Source: Clostridia bacterium
GTDB lineage: Bacteria > Bacillota > Clostridia > Oscillospirales > CAG-382
DNA: 64,000 nucleotides
NCBI GenBank assembly: GCA_017625615.1
Contig: JAGAKP010000015.1
Span: 15,146 to 79,145 of the forward strand
Direction: 5' to 3'
How positions within the stretch are numbered: position 1 is the first letter of the stretch; every line of letters starts with the position of its first letter. Shown here in pieces: positions 7,549 to 17,133 of the stretch. The notes beneath the pieces are model-generated. The model saw only the letters and a list, made by a program, of their open reading frames with translations. It did no database searches and was not told the origin of the DNA. Both the position numbers and the translations under genes were made by a program.

Positions 7549-9267
7549 ATGTTAAAAAAATTCGCAAGCTACTACAAGCCCCATAAAAAGCTGTTTTTGC
7601 TTGATATGGCGGCGGCGTTTCTGGTTTCGCTGTGTGACCTCGTGTACCCGATGATAACCCGAAACATAATTAATATCTACGTGCCACAAAAGATGCTTAA
7701 GCATCTGCTTATATGGGCGGCGGTCATACTTGGATTATACCTTGCAAAGTGCGGGCTGAACTACTTTATACAGTACAAGGGACACGTGCTTGGCGTGCGT
7801 ATTCAGGGCGATATGCGCCGCGATATGTTCCATCACCTGCAAAGGTTGCCCTTTTCATTCTTTGATGAAAACAAGACGGGCGTGATTATGTCCCGTCTGA
7901 TGAACGACCTTTTCGATATTTCGGAGCTTGCTCACCACGGTCCCGAGAACCTGTTTATATCCACAATTTCACTTATCGGCGCGTTCGTAATGCTGTCCAC
8001 CATAAATATATGGCTTGCTCTTATCCTGTTTTTACTTATACCGCCCGTGGTATTCTTTGCGGTAAAGACGAGGAAAATGATGCAAGACGCCTTCAAGGAA
8101 TCCCGCACCCACGTGGCGGAGGTAAACGCAAACGTGGAGACCTCCGTTTCCGGCATACGGGTTTCCCGCGCATACACGGCGGAAACCCACGAAAACGCCC
8201 GCTTTGACGAAGCAAACGAGGGCTTCAAGCGTGTCCGCGGAAAGGCGTACCGCGCAATGGGCGTGTTCCATTCGGGTATGACCCTGCTTACCGATATAAT
8301 GTACCTTGCGGTGCTTCTGGCGGGCGGATTGTTCTTTTACTTCGGAAAGATCGACGCAGGCGATTTCGCCGCCTTTATACTGTACACCACCTCCTTTATA
8401 CGTCCCGTAAATAATCTTGTAATGATATTCGAGCAGATACAAAACGGTATGACGGGCTTTACCCGCTTTGACGAGATTATGCGTATTCCCCCCGAGGAGG
8501 AAACAGGCGAGCACGCTCCCGAAACGGTAAAGGGCAATATTGAGTTTAAAAACGTATCCTTCCACTACGGCGAGGAGGAGACGGGCAAGAATATTATTGA
8601 AAATATGAGTCTTCGCATCGCCGCAGGCAGAACCGTTGCGTTGGTTGGTCCCTCCGGCGGAGGAAAGACCACTATGTGCCATCTTATCCCCCGTTTTTAT
8701 GAAACGGTGGAGGGAAGCATAACCGTTGACGGCAAGGATATAAAGGAATATTCAAGATACGCGCTCCGTAAAAATATCGGTATGGTAGCGCAGGACGTGT
8801 TCCTTTTCGGCGGTACGGTAAAGGAAAATATCGCATACGGCAATCTTGACGCCACCGACGACGAGATCATCGAGGCGGCAAAGCGCGCCAACATACACGA
8901 TTTTATTATGACCCTTGAAAAGGGCTACGATACGGAAGTAGGCGAGCGGGGCGTTAAGCTTTCGGGCGGACAAAAGCAGAGAATATCCATTGCCCGCGTA
9001 TTTCTTAAGAACCCGCCCATACTTATACTTGATGAAGCTACAAGTGCACTTGATAACGCCACGGAAATGCTGATACAGCAATCCCTTGAGCAGCTTTCCA
9101 AGGGCAGAACCACTCTCGTGGTGGCGCACAGACTTTCAACCATAAAGAACGCAGACGAGATAATCGTCCTCACTGCAGACGGTATTGCCGAGCGCGGCAA
9201 CCACGAGCAGCTTCTGGCAAAGGACGGCATCTATGCGGGGCTTTATAAATATCAGTTCAAGCAATGA
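7549..9267 (+). CDS. ABC exporter, fused permease/ATPase (MsbA-like)
   Basis: Six-TM domain followed by GPSGGGKTT Walker A, LSGGQKQR signature and ILILDEATSALD Walker B. Confidence 0.9.
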   Translation: MLKKFASYYKPHKKLFLLDMAAAFLVSLCDLVYPMITRNIINIYVPQKMLKHLLIWAAVILGLYLAKCGLNYFIQYKGHVLGVRIQGDMRRDMFHHLQRLPFSFFDENKTGVIMSRLMNDLFDISELAHHGPENLFISTISLIGAFVMLSTINIWLALILFLLIPPVVFFAVKTRKMMQDAFKESRTHVAEVNANVETSVSGIRVSRAYTAETHENARFDEANEGFKRVRGKAYRAMGVFHSGMTLLTDIMYLAVLLAGGLFFYFGKIDAGDFAAFILYTTSFIRPVNNLVMIFEQIQNGMTGFTRFDEIMRIPPEEETGEHAPETVKGNIEFKNVSFHYGEEETGKNIIENMSLRIAAGRTVALVGPSGGGKTTMCHLIPRFYETVEGSITVDGKDIKEYSRYALRKNIGMVAQDVFLFGGTVKENIAYGNLDATDDEIIEAAKRANIHDFIMTLEKGYDTEVGERGVKLSGGQKQRISIARVFLKNPPILILDEATSALDNATEMLIQQSLEQLSKGRTTLVVAHRLSTIKNADEIIVLTADGIAERGNHEQLLAKDGIYAGLYKYQFKQ

Positions 9268-10136
9268 TAACGGTTAACGAGTATTATAAAAAGCTCTTTG
9301 GTGAAAAGGTGTATAAAATTTCCCTTGCGGGGGGTAACACCTGCCCCAACCGTGACGGAACAAAGGGAGTGGGCGGATGTATTTTCTGCTCTGAACGCGG
9401 AAGCGGAGATTTCGTGCCCGACCCGTGTCTGCCAATGGAAACCCAGATAGAGCAGGCGATACAAAAGATAAAAGCCAAGGGCGCGAAAAAGTTCATTGCG
9501 TACTTTCAAAGCTTTACCGCAACCTATCTGCCTGCGGACAAGCTTGAAGAAAAGCTGTTTTCCGCCGCAAAACGCGAGGATATAGTGGGAATATCCGTTG
9601 CCACCCGTCCCGATTGCCTGCCAAAGGCAGTTTTGGATATACTTGAAAAATATTCGAAAATAAAGCCTTTATGGGTGGAGTTGGGCTTGCAGACGGCAAA
9701 GGATAAAACGGCAGTATACGTAAACCGCTGTTACCCCACCTCGGTTTATACCGAGGCGGCGAAAAAACTGACCGAAAGAAATATCCCCTTCGTTACCCAT
9801 ATTATTCTCGGGCTTCCCGGCGAAACCGAGGAGGATATGGTAAACACCGTAAAGACGGCGGTGGAATGTAAAACGCAGGGAATAAAGCTTCAGCTTTTGC
9901 AGATCCTTAAGGATTCTCCCCTTTACGGCGAATATCTTGAAGGAAAGGTAAAACCTATGGCGGAGGACGAATATTACGGTCTGCTTAAAAAACTCCTTTC
10001 ACTTTTACCGCCCGAAACGGTGGTGCACCGCCTTACGGGTGACGGAAGTAAAAAAACACTTGCCGCCCCACTCTGGTGCGGAGATAAAAAAAGAGCGATC
10101 AATAAAATAAACGCTCTTTTAAAAGAATTCAGTTAA
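9264..10136 (+). CDS. TIGR01212-family radical SAM protein
   Basis: GGNTCPNRDGTKGVGGCIFC cluster motif. The start overlaps the ABC gene stop (ATGA). Confidence 0.85.
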   Translation: MITVNEYYKKLFGEKVYKISLAGGNTCPNRDGTKGVGGCIFCSERGSGDFVPDPCLPMETQIEQAIQKIKAKGAKKFIAYFQSFTATYLPADKLEEKLFSAAKREDIVGISVATRPDCLPKAVLDILEKYSKIKPLWVELGLQTAKDKTAVYVNRCYPTSVYTEAAKKLTERNIPFVTHIILGLPGETEEDMVNTVKTAVECKTQGIKLQLLQILKDSPLYGEYLEGKVKPMAEDEYYGLLKKLLSLLPPETVVHRLTGDGSKKTLAAPLWCGDKKRAINKINALLKEFS

Positions 10137-10144
10137 ACTGAAAA

Positions 10145-10171
10145 GGACGCGAAAAACGCGTCCTTTTTTTT
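10145..10171. terminator. Bidirectional terminator
   Basis: AAAA-GGACGCG-aaaaa-CGCGTCC-TTTTTTTT between convergent genes. Confidence 0.75.
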
Positions 10172-12260
10172 ATTTCTTATATTCTTCAAATACCGTGTAA
10201 TCTTCTACAAGCTGGAATTCGTCGAGGACGAATTTTTTACCGCTTTCCGTATCCGAAGAATAATTCCAGAACATATACACGCCTGCGATCTCGTTAAGAG
10301 GATATGCTTCGCCCATGGTGCCGCTTTGGCTTCCCGTGCCGTAACGGTAGGTAAAGTCCTTTACGGGGAACGCCATCCAGCCCTTGAAGCCCTTTACGGA
10401 GGTTTCCTGCTCAACGCCGAAGCATCCGTCACCGCCGTGTACGAAGGTCTGCCATTCCGTACCGCCCTCGGGCAGGTAATAGTAATACAATTCGGGAACG
10501 TAATCGCTTTCGTCTGTGGTATAAAGATCGCCGGTGGGAGAGATAAGACCGAAATTTGCCTTGCGGAACTCAACGTCGGTAAGATCCACCCACACGCGGA
10601 GATACTTGGCAGAGGGGAACGCGGTGGTGTTTCCGTTTGCATCGGTGGCAAAGAGATACAGTCCCTGGTTATCTCTGCCGTCGCTCCAGAGCGAAAGTGC
10701 CTTTGAGCTTTTGTAACCGTTTTCGGTAAGGGCGTATCCGCTCTTAACGTCGGTGGAGGCGGAGTTCCACGCGCCTACGAAAAGGTCGCCGCCGATATCG
10801 GTGCCGTATACGGGGTTGCCCTGCGAAAAGGTGAAAGCGGAAAGGGAATCGAAATTAGTAAAGGTGCCGACAAAGCTTACGTCGTTTTTGCTGACGTAAT
10901 CCACCTTAATGCCCGCCTCGGTCTTGACGGTGGCAGTTATACCTTCTCCCTTTTTGCCGAATACGTCAATGGGATATACCTCAAGGGTATACTCGGTGTC
11001 CTCGGATAGACCCGAAAGATTGAAGGTGAGGGTTTCGGGCATAGGCTCGAAATAATATTCGGAGAAGTAGTTGAACTCCTTCTTTTCCCCGTCGGCGGTA
11101 AGAACAATGTTATAGCTGTAAACGCAATGGTCGTCCGTTGCCTGCGGGAAGGTTATTTCCGCAGAGGAGGAGGTGACCTTGCCCACCGTAACGGCGGCGG
11201 TATCGCCAAAGACGGGTGCTTTGCTTGCCTCTGCGCGGGCGGAGGTGTATAGCCAAGTGGATTTATCGAACAGATCGTCTATTTCATAAACAAGCTGTTT
11301 ACTTCCGTCTGCGGTCTTAAAGAAATCATCGGTAAGCAGGTTATAGGGAAGGACGCGGACACGGTTGTCCTCGGATATCTCAACTATATAAAACTGCCCT
11401 GCCTGATCCGCATGGGGAGAAACGGTGCCGTAGGTCATACCCGTGGTCATTTCGAAATAAGCAAGAGTGCCCGTGCCGAAAAGGGTGTAATCCTTCTGAT
11501 AGCAGGAGGTAGGATTGTTTATGGGTCCGTGGGAATGTCCCGAAAAATTGAGCACCTGACTGTACTCGGAATAAATTGCGTCAAGCTGTGACCACTGATT
11601 TGCATACCATTCCGCGCTGACGTAAACGGTATCCTTTATATGGTGATGCTGGAAGGTGATAATGGGCTTTTCTCCGTCGGCAGCAGCGGCGGAGGCAAGC
11701 TCGGTCTTTAACCAATCAAGGTCGGCGGTGTAGTCACCCTCGCCGTAGGGAGAAATGCCGATAAAATGGTAGCCCTTTATGACCACGTGCTTGTTGAGCT
11801 CCCCATCCATATTTTCGGCGTACAGCTTTTCGCCCTTATCAAGGTCGTTAAGGTCGCCGTAAAACTCGTGGTTGCCCATTACGGTGATGACGGTGGTTTC
11901 TTCCTTTACGTTTTTATCTACGATACTCTTCCAAGCGGTGTATTCGTAGGGCTGACCGTAGTTTGTGATATCACCGACGGCAACGAATGCGTCGATCTTA
12001 TCGTATTCCTGCTTTTCCGCGTAGGCATAGGAGGATTTAAAAAGCTGATCCAGACGCTTTGCGGAAAGATCGGTAACTGCGGAAACGTGGTTATCCGAGG
12101 TGACGATAAAGCGGAAAGCGGTTTTAAATTCGCCCTTTTCCTCGGGCGCGCTTTGCTCCTCGGAGTGTTCGGGAACATCTGAAGCGTTACTGCCTCCGCC
12201 GCAAGCGGAAAGTATAAGTGAAAGCGCCAAAACAAACATAATTATCACTTTTCTTTTCAT
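10170..12260 (-). CDS. Metallophosphoesterase lipoprotein with Fn3-like and C-terminal beta domains
   Basis: Lipobox LSAC. Calcineurin-like motifs SDNH, GDITNYG, GNHEF, FQHHH and GHSHG. Confidence 0.8.
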   Translation of the reverse strand: MKRKVIIMFVLALSLILSACGGGSNASDVPEHSEEQSAPEEKGEFKTAFRFIVTSDNHVSAVTDLSAKRLDQLFKSSYAYAEKQEYDKIDAFVAVGDITNYGQPYEYTAWKSIVDKNVKEETTVITVMGNHEFYGDLNDLDKGEKLYAENMDGELNKHVVIKGYHFIGISPYGEGDYTADLDWLKTELASAAAADGEKPIITFQHHHIKDTVYVSAEWYANQWSQLDAIYSEYSQVLNFSGHSHGPINNPTSCYQKDYTLFGTGTLAYFEMTTGMTYGTVSPHADQAGQFYIVEISEDNRVRVLPYNLLTDDFFKTADGSKQLVYEIDDLFDKSTWLYTSARAEASKAPVFGDTAAVTVGKVTSSSAEITFPQATDDHCVYSYNIVLTADGEKKEFNYFSEYYFEPMPETLTFNLSGLSEDTEYTLEVYPIDVFGKKGEGITATVKTEAGIKVDYVSKNDVSFVGTFTNFDSLSAFTFSQGNPVYGTDIGGDLFVGAWNSASTDVKSGYALTENGYKSSKALSLWSDGRDNQGLYLFATDANGNTTAFPSAKYLRVWVDLTDVEFRKANFGLISPTGDLYTTDESDYVPELYYYYLPEGGTEWQTFVHGGDGCFGVEQETSVKGFKGWMAFPVKDFTYRYGTGSQSGTMGEAYPLNEIAGVYMFWNYSSDTESGKKFVLDEFQLVEDYTVFEEYKK

Positions 12261-12263
12261 TTT

Positions 12264-13013
12264 TTAACCTCTTTTATTCACAAAATAATACGGGTCCCGT
12301 TCAAACGCCTTTAACGCCGCTTGCTGTAAAGCGGATGCGGATATAAGGGTGCAGTCCGCTTTGCAGATACGCCCCTTTTTAATATCGGGAAAGGCAAGTA
12401 TATTCTCAAAACGGCTGTACTTCTGGTCGGCTATATCCTTAAAATCGTGGCCGTAAAGGTGGACCTCGCGGCGATTTCCGTCGTAATCCTCAAGGACGTA
12501 CCGAGTGGTATGCTTATTAAGGCAATAGGGTGCGCCCGCTATCTCCTCCATACCGTGCATAAAGGTGCAGTGGTCGTTTATATCCCCTACCATAAGTATT
12601 TTTCCGCCCACCTCCGCAAGGATACGGAAAGGGGAGTTTTCGCCCACGGGGGTTTTATCAAGATAATGTCTTTCCGTCATTTCCTTTGCTCTGTACCCGT
12701 ATGCGGCGCAGGAATGAGTAGGGTGCATACTGCGGATAACGCCCTCCATCCTGACGAAAACGCGGGGCAAAAGTCCTATGCAGGGGACGGTCTCCCTTAC
12801 GGAAAAAAGGGGCTGATTTTCTCCTACGTTTGAATAGGTAAGTGCGGGCAAAAGAAGGGTGCCCTTTTCGCCGAGATAATCACAAAGGCTTTTTAAAAAA
12901 TACTCGGGGGTTTCATCGGTACCCAGTGCCTTCATCGAGGAATGCATAAGCACCGTATCGCCGGGAAGTATGCCGAGGGAAGAAAAATCTTTACTGAAAT
13001 CGTACATTTTCAC
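12264..13013 (-). CDS. AAC(3)-family aminoglycoside N-acetyltransferase-like protein
   Basis: GILPGDTVLMHSSMKALG ... GTLLLPALTYS pattern of the AAC(3) family. Confidence 0.7.
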   Translation of the reverse strand: MKMYDFSKDFSSLGILPGDTVLMHSSMKALGTDETPEYFLKSLCDYLGEKGTLLLPALTYSNVGENQPLFSVRETVPCIGLLPRVFVRMEGVIRSMHPTHSCAAYGYRAKEMTERHYLDKTPVGENSPFRILAEVGGKILMVGDINDHCTFMHGMEEIAGAPYCLNKHTTRYVLEDYDGNRREVHLYGHDFKDIADQKYSRFENILAFPDIKKGRICKADCTLISASALQQAALKAFERDPYYFVNKRG

Positions 13014-13030
13014 ATCTGCCTCCTTAGTTT

Positions 13031-13059
13031 ATTATACTATAACCCAAGTCCGGTGTCAA
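13031..13059 (-). promoter_or_regulatory. Candidate sigma-A promoter
   Basis: TTGACA-17 nt-TATAAT on the minus strand. The implied leader is very short, so the transcript would start at the Shine-Dalgarno. Confidence 0.4.
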
Positions 13060-13064
13060 GAATG

Positions 13065-13093
13065 TTGACAACGGGCTTTTCAAAGTGTATAAT
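13065..13093 (+). promoter_or_regulatory. Consensus sigma-A promoter
   Basis: TTGACA-17 nt-TATAAT, about 30 nt upstream of ATG 13124. Confidence 0.65.
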
Positions 13094-13123
13094 TCTGTAT
13101 ATACAGTATAAAAGGTGATATAT

Positions 13124-14485
13124 ATGAAAATATTGGCGTTTATTCTTGCGCTTTTACTTTGCTTGCCCTTGACGGTAAGCGCGCAGACGGAGGCAGAATT
13201 GAAATACTCGAAAGCATTTTACGAAAAGGTTTTGGATCTTGAGCATAAGTACGTACAAAGCCTTGCATTGCCCAACGGTGCTATCGGCTACGATATACCC
13301 AAGGTGAACCCCAATTTTGATATTTCACGGCTTCCCACGGTGGACGGAGTGAAGCCCGAGGAATACGTGAATTGGCCTCACACCCGTATCGTGCCATATT
13401 TTTCCGCCTTTGCGGTGCTGGGCGTTATCGCCGCAGACAGAGAAAACGCAAGGGATATTGCGCTCAACTACATAAACTGGTATATTGCCCACATGAACAC
13501 GGCGGAAAGCGACGTTAACGGCGTTGCGGGCACGGTGTACGATTATTATTTGTTCCTATCGCCCGATAACAAAAAGGTTATTGAAGTAACCAATATGGAC
13601 GTTTTGGGTGACAAAAGCAAAAATTACGACAGCACCGATTCCTACGCATCCACATTTTTACAGATACTTTGCGCATACACCAATAAGTACGATAAAAATT
13701 TCCTTGATGATAAAAAGGACCTTATAAATACACTTAAAGACGTAATATATTCCACCTACTGCGAAAAGGTTTCCCTTACCGGTGCAAAGCCCGATTATAT
13801 GGTGTGTTATCTTATGGATAACTGCGAGGTATACAACGGCTTCCGTGACCTTGCATCCCTTTTCCCCGAGTACGAGGAGGATGCAAAGCGGTTTAAGGAC
13901 GGTATACAGAACAGCCTTTACGCCACGGGATATTATCACCCTGCGGTGTTCGAAAACGGCAAGGCGGCTTATGAAATTGAGGACGTGGCGGAAATGGAAT
14001 ATTATCCCCACGCCACCAGCCAGCTTTTCCCCATAACCTTTAAAATTGTGGAAAAGGGCACGGAAAGAGCGGTACGGCAGTACGAGCTGTTTAATTCACT
14101 TTACGGAAAAAACGGCAAAGCGGGCTACGATTGGGTAAACGTTAACTGCGGAAGCGAATATCCCTGGGCGCTTAATCTGCGCGCCGCCGTGCGGATGGAG
14201 GACTATACCCGCGCGGAAAAGTATATGCAAACGGTGTACACCCGCTTTATCGCCACGGGACACCCCTCCCCCTATTACTGCGCGGAGGCGGGACATATTC
14301 TACTTGCAATAACGGAAATGCTTGATAATGCTTGTGCGGGCGGCAGCGTTTCCGACGATATATCCCTGCCCGACACCCAAAAGAAAAGCACTTCCTTTAA
14401 GGAGATACTCCCCTTTATCGCCCTCGGCGCGGCAATAGTTATCGGCACGGGCGTAATAATTTACACGGTAAAAAAGAAAAAATAA
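13124..14485 (+). CDS. Secreted protein with C-terminal TM anchor, function unknown
   Basis: Signal peptide ...PLTVSAQ. C-terminal hydrophobic helix followed by KKKK. No domain recognised. Confidence 0.6.
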   Translation: MKILAFILALLLCLPLTVSAQTEAELKYSKAFYEKVLDLEHKYVQSLALPNGAIGYDIPKVNPNFDISRLPTVDGVKPEEYVNWPHTRIVPYFSAFAVLGVIAADRENARDIALNYINWYIAHMNTAESDVNGVAGTVYDYYLFLSPDNKKVIEVTNMDVLGDKSKNYDSTDSYASTFLQILCAYTNKYDKNFLDDKKDLINTLKDVIYSTYCEKVSLTGAKPDYMVCYLMDNCEVYNGFRDLASLFPEYEEDAKRFKDGIQNSLYATGYYHPAVFENGKAAYEIEDVAEMEYYPHATSQLFPITFKIVEKGTERAVRQYELFNSLYGKNGKAGYDWVNVNCGSEYPWALNLRAAVRMEDYTRAEKYMQTVYTRFIATGHPSPYYCAEAGHILLAITEMLDNACAGGSVSDDISLPDTQKKSTSFKEILPFIALGAAIVIGTGVIIYTVKKKK

Positions 14486-14548
14486 CCTCTTTAAGGTTGG
14501 ATTAACCAAAATTTATTATAATCTGCTACGGTGAAAGGAGGCGGCGGG

Positions 14549-15250
14549 TTGCAGGATATTTGCATATTCAAGCGGGTGGAAAAGAAATACCCCATAGACG
14601 AAAGCAAAAAGGATATGCTGCTTTCACTGATAAAGGACAGGCTGGTTGCCGATTCCCACGGCAAAAGCACTATATGCTCGCTGTATCTCGACACGCCTGA
14701 CAGACAGCTTATCCGCGCTTCCATAGACGCACGCACCTATAAGGAGAAATTGCGTATACGAAGCTACGGTGTGCCCAAAAAGGACACGATGGTGTTTTTG
14801 GAAATAAAAAAGAAGTACAAGGGTGTCGTATACAAGCGGAGAGTGAAAATGCCCCTTTCCACGGCAGAGGAATATATAAGCAGCGGAACGCCCCCCTTTG
14901 ACAGCCAGATAATGCGGGAAATTGACTACGCAATGAAATTTTACCGCCACCCCAAGCCCTCTATGCTCATAGCATACGAGCGGGAAGCCTTCTTCAGCAA
15001 GGAGGACGAGGGACTGCGTATCACCTTCGATAAGAATATTCGGTTCAGGGATAATGAAAAGGATATGACAGTCGGAGCGGATGGCACGAGGATCATCGAG
15101 GACGGCAGATATATTCTTGAAATAAAAACGAACGGCGGTATGCCCTTGTGGCTTTCCGAGGCTTTGGATAAATGCAAAATTTATCCGTCAAGCTTTTCAA
15201 AATACGGTATTTCCCATTTAATGACGTTACAAAAACCTATTCCCCGTTAA
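14549..15250 (+). CDS. VTC-domain (polyphosphate polymerase-like, CYTH fold) protein
   Basis: FKRVEKKY ... SLYLDTPD ... LRIRSYG ... FLEIKKKYKGVVYKRR pattern. A TTG start at 14549 after AAAGGAGG is preferred over GTG 14531. Confidence 0.75.
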   Translation: MQDICIFKRVEKKYPIDESKKDMLLSLIKDRLVADSHGKSTICSLYLDTPDRQLIRASIDARTYKEKLRIRSYGVPKKDTMVFLEIKKKYKGVVYKRRVKMPLSTAEEYISSGTPPFDSQIMREIDYAMKFYRHPKPSMLIAYEREAFFSKEDEGLRITFDKNIRFRDNEKDMTVGADGTRIIEDGRYILEIKTNGGMPLWLSEALDKCKIYPSSFSKYGISHLMTLQKPIPR

Positions 15251-15269
15251 AAAGAGAGGAGAAAATACA

Positions 15270-15935
15270 ATGGATTCTATATTCAGCTCGGTTATCGGCA
15301 CGGAGGTGACCGTGACCACCTATATTATATGTCTTGCCTGCTCTATGGTCTGCGGTGTTATTGCGGCATTCGCCGCCGCGTTCCGCTCCAGAGTGAGCAA
15401 AAGCTTTTTGGTCGCTTTAGTGCTTCTGCCTATGATCGTTCACACCGTAATAACTATGGTAAACGGAAACATCGGCACGGGCGTTGCGGTAATGGGCGCC
15501 TTTTCGCTGGTGCGCTTCCGCTCCGTACCCGGCAAGGCAAAGGATATAGTTGCAATTTTCCTTGCCATGACGGCGGGCTTGGCGTGCGCCAGCGGATTTG
15601 TGGGAATAGCAATAATGTTTTCGCTTATCGTCTGCGCCGCGGCGGTGGTGCTCTCCTTCGTAAGGCTGGGCGAGGACAGACTGCTTCTCCTTAACGTAAC
15701 CGTTCCCGAATCTCTTAATATCGCCCACGGGTTTGACGATATTTTTACACAGTACACCAAAAAGCACCGCCTCGTTTCCACAAAGACCACCAATATGGGA
15801 AGCCTTTACAAGCTCACCTACAAGGTGGAAATGAAGGACAAGGACAAGGCGCAGGAGTTTATCGACGCTATCCGCTGCAGAAACGGTAACCTTGAAATAC
15901 TGCTCACCGAAGCGCCCGACACGGAAGAATTATAG
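15270..15935 (+). CDS. DUF4956-domain membrane protein
   Basis: Four TM helices followed by a soluble C-terminal domain. This is the usual partner of VTC-domain genes. Confidence 0.7.
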   Translation: MDSIFSSVIGTEVTVTTYIICLACSMVCGVIAAFAAAFRSRVSKSFLVALVLLPMIVHTVITMVNGNIGTGVAVMGAFSLVRFRSVPGKAKDIVAIFLAMTAGLACASGFVGIAIMFSLIVCAAAVVLSFVRLGEDRLLLLNVTVPESLNIAHGFDDIFTQYTKKHRLVSTKTTNMGSLYKLTYKVEMKDKDKAQEFIDAIRCRNGNLEILLTEAPDTEEL

Positions 15936-15958
15936 AAATCACCCCAATAAAAGCAAAA

Positions 15959-15981
15959 GCCGCGTTTATTCGCGGCTTTTT
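15959..15981 (+). terminator. Rho-independent terminator
   Basis: GCCGCG-tttatt-CGCGGC followed by TTTTT. Confidence 0.7.
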
Positions 15982-16011
15982 GTTGTTGTATTCGATTTTT
16001 TCGAACGTTTC

Positions 16012-17133
16012 TTAATACAAATAATACTCTTTAATCTCTTTTTCGTGAAGTTGAAGGGCGGGGCAAAGGGTTTTTAAGTATTCCTCGGCGTTGAAGGTAT
16101 CCGAGCGGATAACGTCCGTGCCGAAAAGCAGGTCGATAAAGGGAGTAAAGGCAAGCTCGGCGTGGGTGCGGCGGATGATATCCAGCATATACAATGCCGA
16201 TTCAAAGGGGCGGTATGCGCGCTTATCGGTTATATGGAAAAATACTCCCCCGCAAGGAACGCCCGCGTGCTTTGAAAAAACGGGGGTGAACCAACAGCCC
16301 CGCGCCTTTACGCCAGAAAGTCCCATTTGGTTAAACCGCTCCGCTACCTTTTCCCCGTCAAGCCAAGGAGCGCCGATACACTCAAAGGGGCGGGTGGTTC
16401 CCCTTCCCTCCGAAAGGTTGGTGCCCTCGAAAAGACAGTTGCCGATATAGCAAAGGGCGGTGTCCGCCGTGGGAATATTGGGTGACGGCGGTATCCACAA
16501 AAGGTCGGTATCATCGTAATGATCACTGCGCGACCACCCCGAAAGAGGTATTATTTCAAGGTCACAGCCGATATTCTGAGTTTGGTTTATATAAAGTGCG
16601 TATTCGCCGATAGTCAGATTATGCCGCGCCGCAAGGGGGTATCTGCCCACGAAGGAGGAAAAGGCGGTATCCAGAATATTGCCCTGCGGGCTTTCACCGC
16701 CTACGGGGTTTACGCGGTCAAATACGACGATAGTCTTTTCGGCGGCGGCGCAATCCTCCATAGCGTAGGAAAGGGTATACATATACGTATAATACCGCGC
16801 GCCGATATCCTGAATATCAAAGGCGACTATATCTATGCGGTCCATTGCCTCCTTGGGGATATGGGGCTTATCTCCGTAAAGGCTGTACACGGGAATACCC
16901 GTTTTTTCGTCGGTATAGCTTTCTATATGCTTACCCGCCTGCGCGTTGCCGCGAACGCCGTGCTCGGGAGAAAACATACATACGAGCACGCCCATATCAA
17001 AAAGGATATCCGCCGTGGGAACAAGATTTTTGTTGACGCCCGTGGGGTTGGTTATAAGTCCCACACGCTTCCCCTCAAAGAGATGACGGTATTGGTCTAT
17101 ACGGTCGACGCCGTTTAAAACGGTTTTTTTCAT
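16012..17133 (-). CDS. namZ: DUF1343 / exo-beta-N-acetylmuramidase NamZ family
   Basis: RVGLITNPTGV and FSPEHGVRG motifs of DUF1343. Confidence 0.8.
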   Translation of the reverse strand: MKKTVLNGVDRIDQYRHLFEGKRVGLITNPTGVNKNLVPTADILFDMGVLVCMFSPEHGVRGNAQAGKHIESYTDEKTGIPVYSLYGDKPHIPKEAMDRIDIVAFDIQDIGARYYTYMYTLSYAMEDCAAAEKTIVVFDRVNPVGGESPQGNILDTAFSSFVGRYPLAARHNLTIGEYALYINQTQNIGCDLEIIPLSGWSRSDHYDDTDLLWIPPSPNIPTADTALCYIGNCLFEGTNLSEGRGTTRPFECIGAPWLDGEKVAERFNQMGLSGVKARGCWFTPVFSKHAGVPCGGVFFHITDKRAYRPFESALYMLDIIRRTHAELAFTPFIDLLFGTDVIRSDTFNAEEYLKTLCPALQLHEKEIKEYYLY

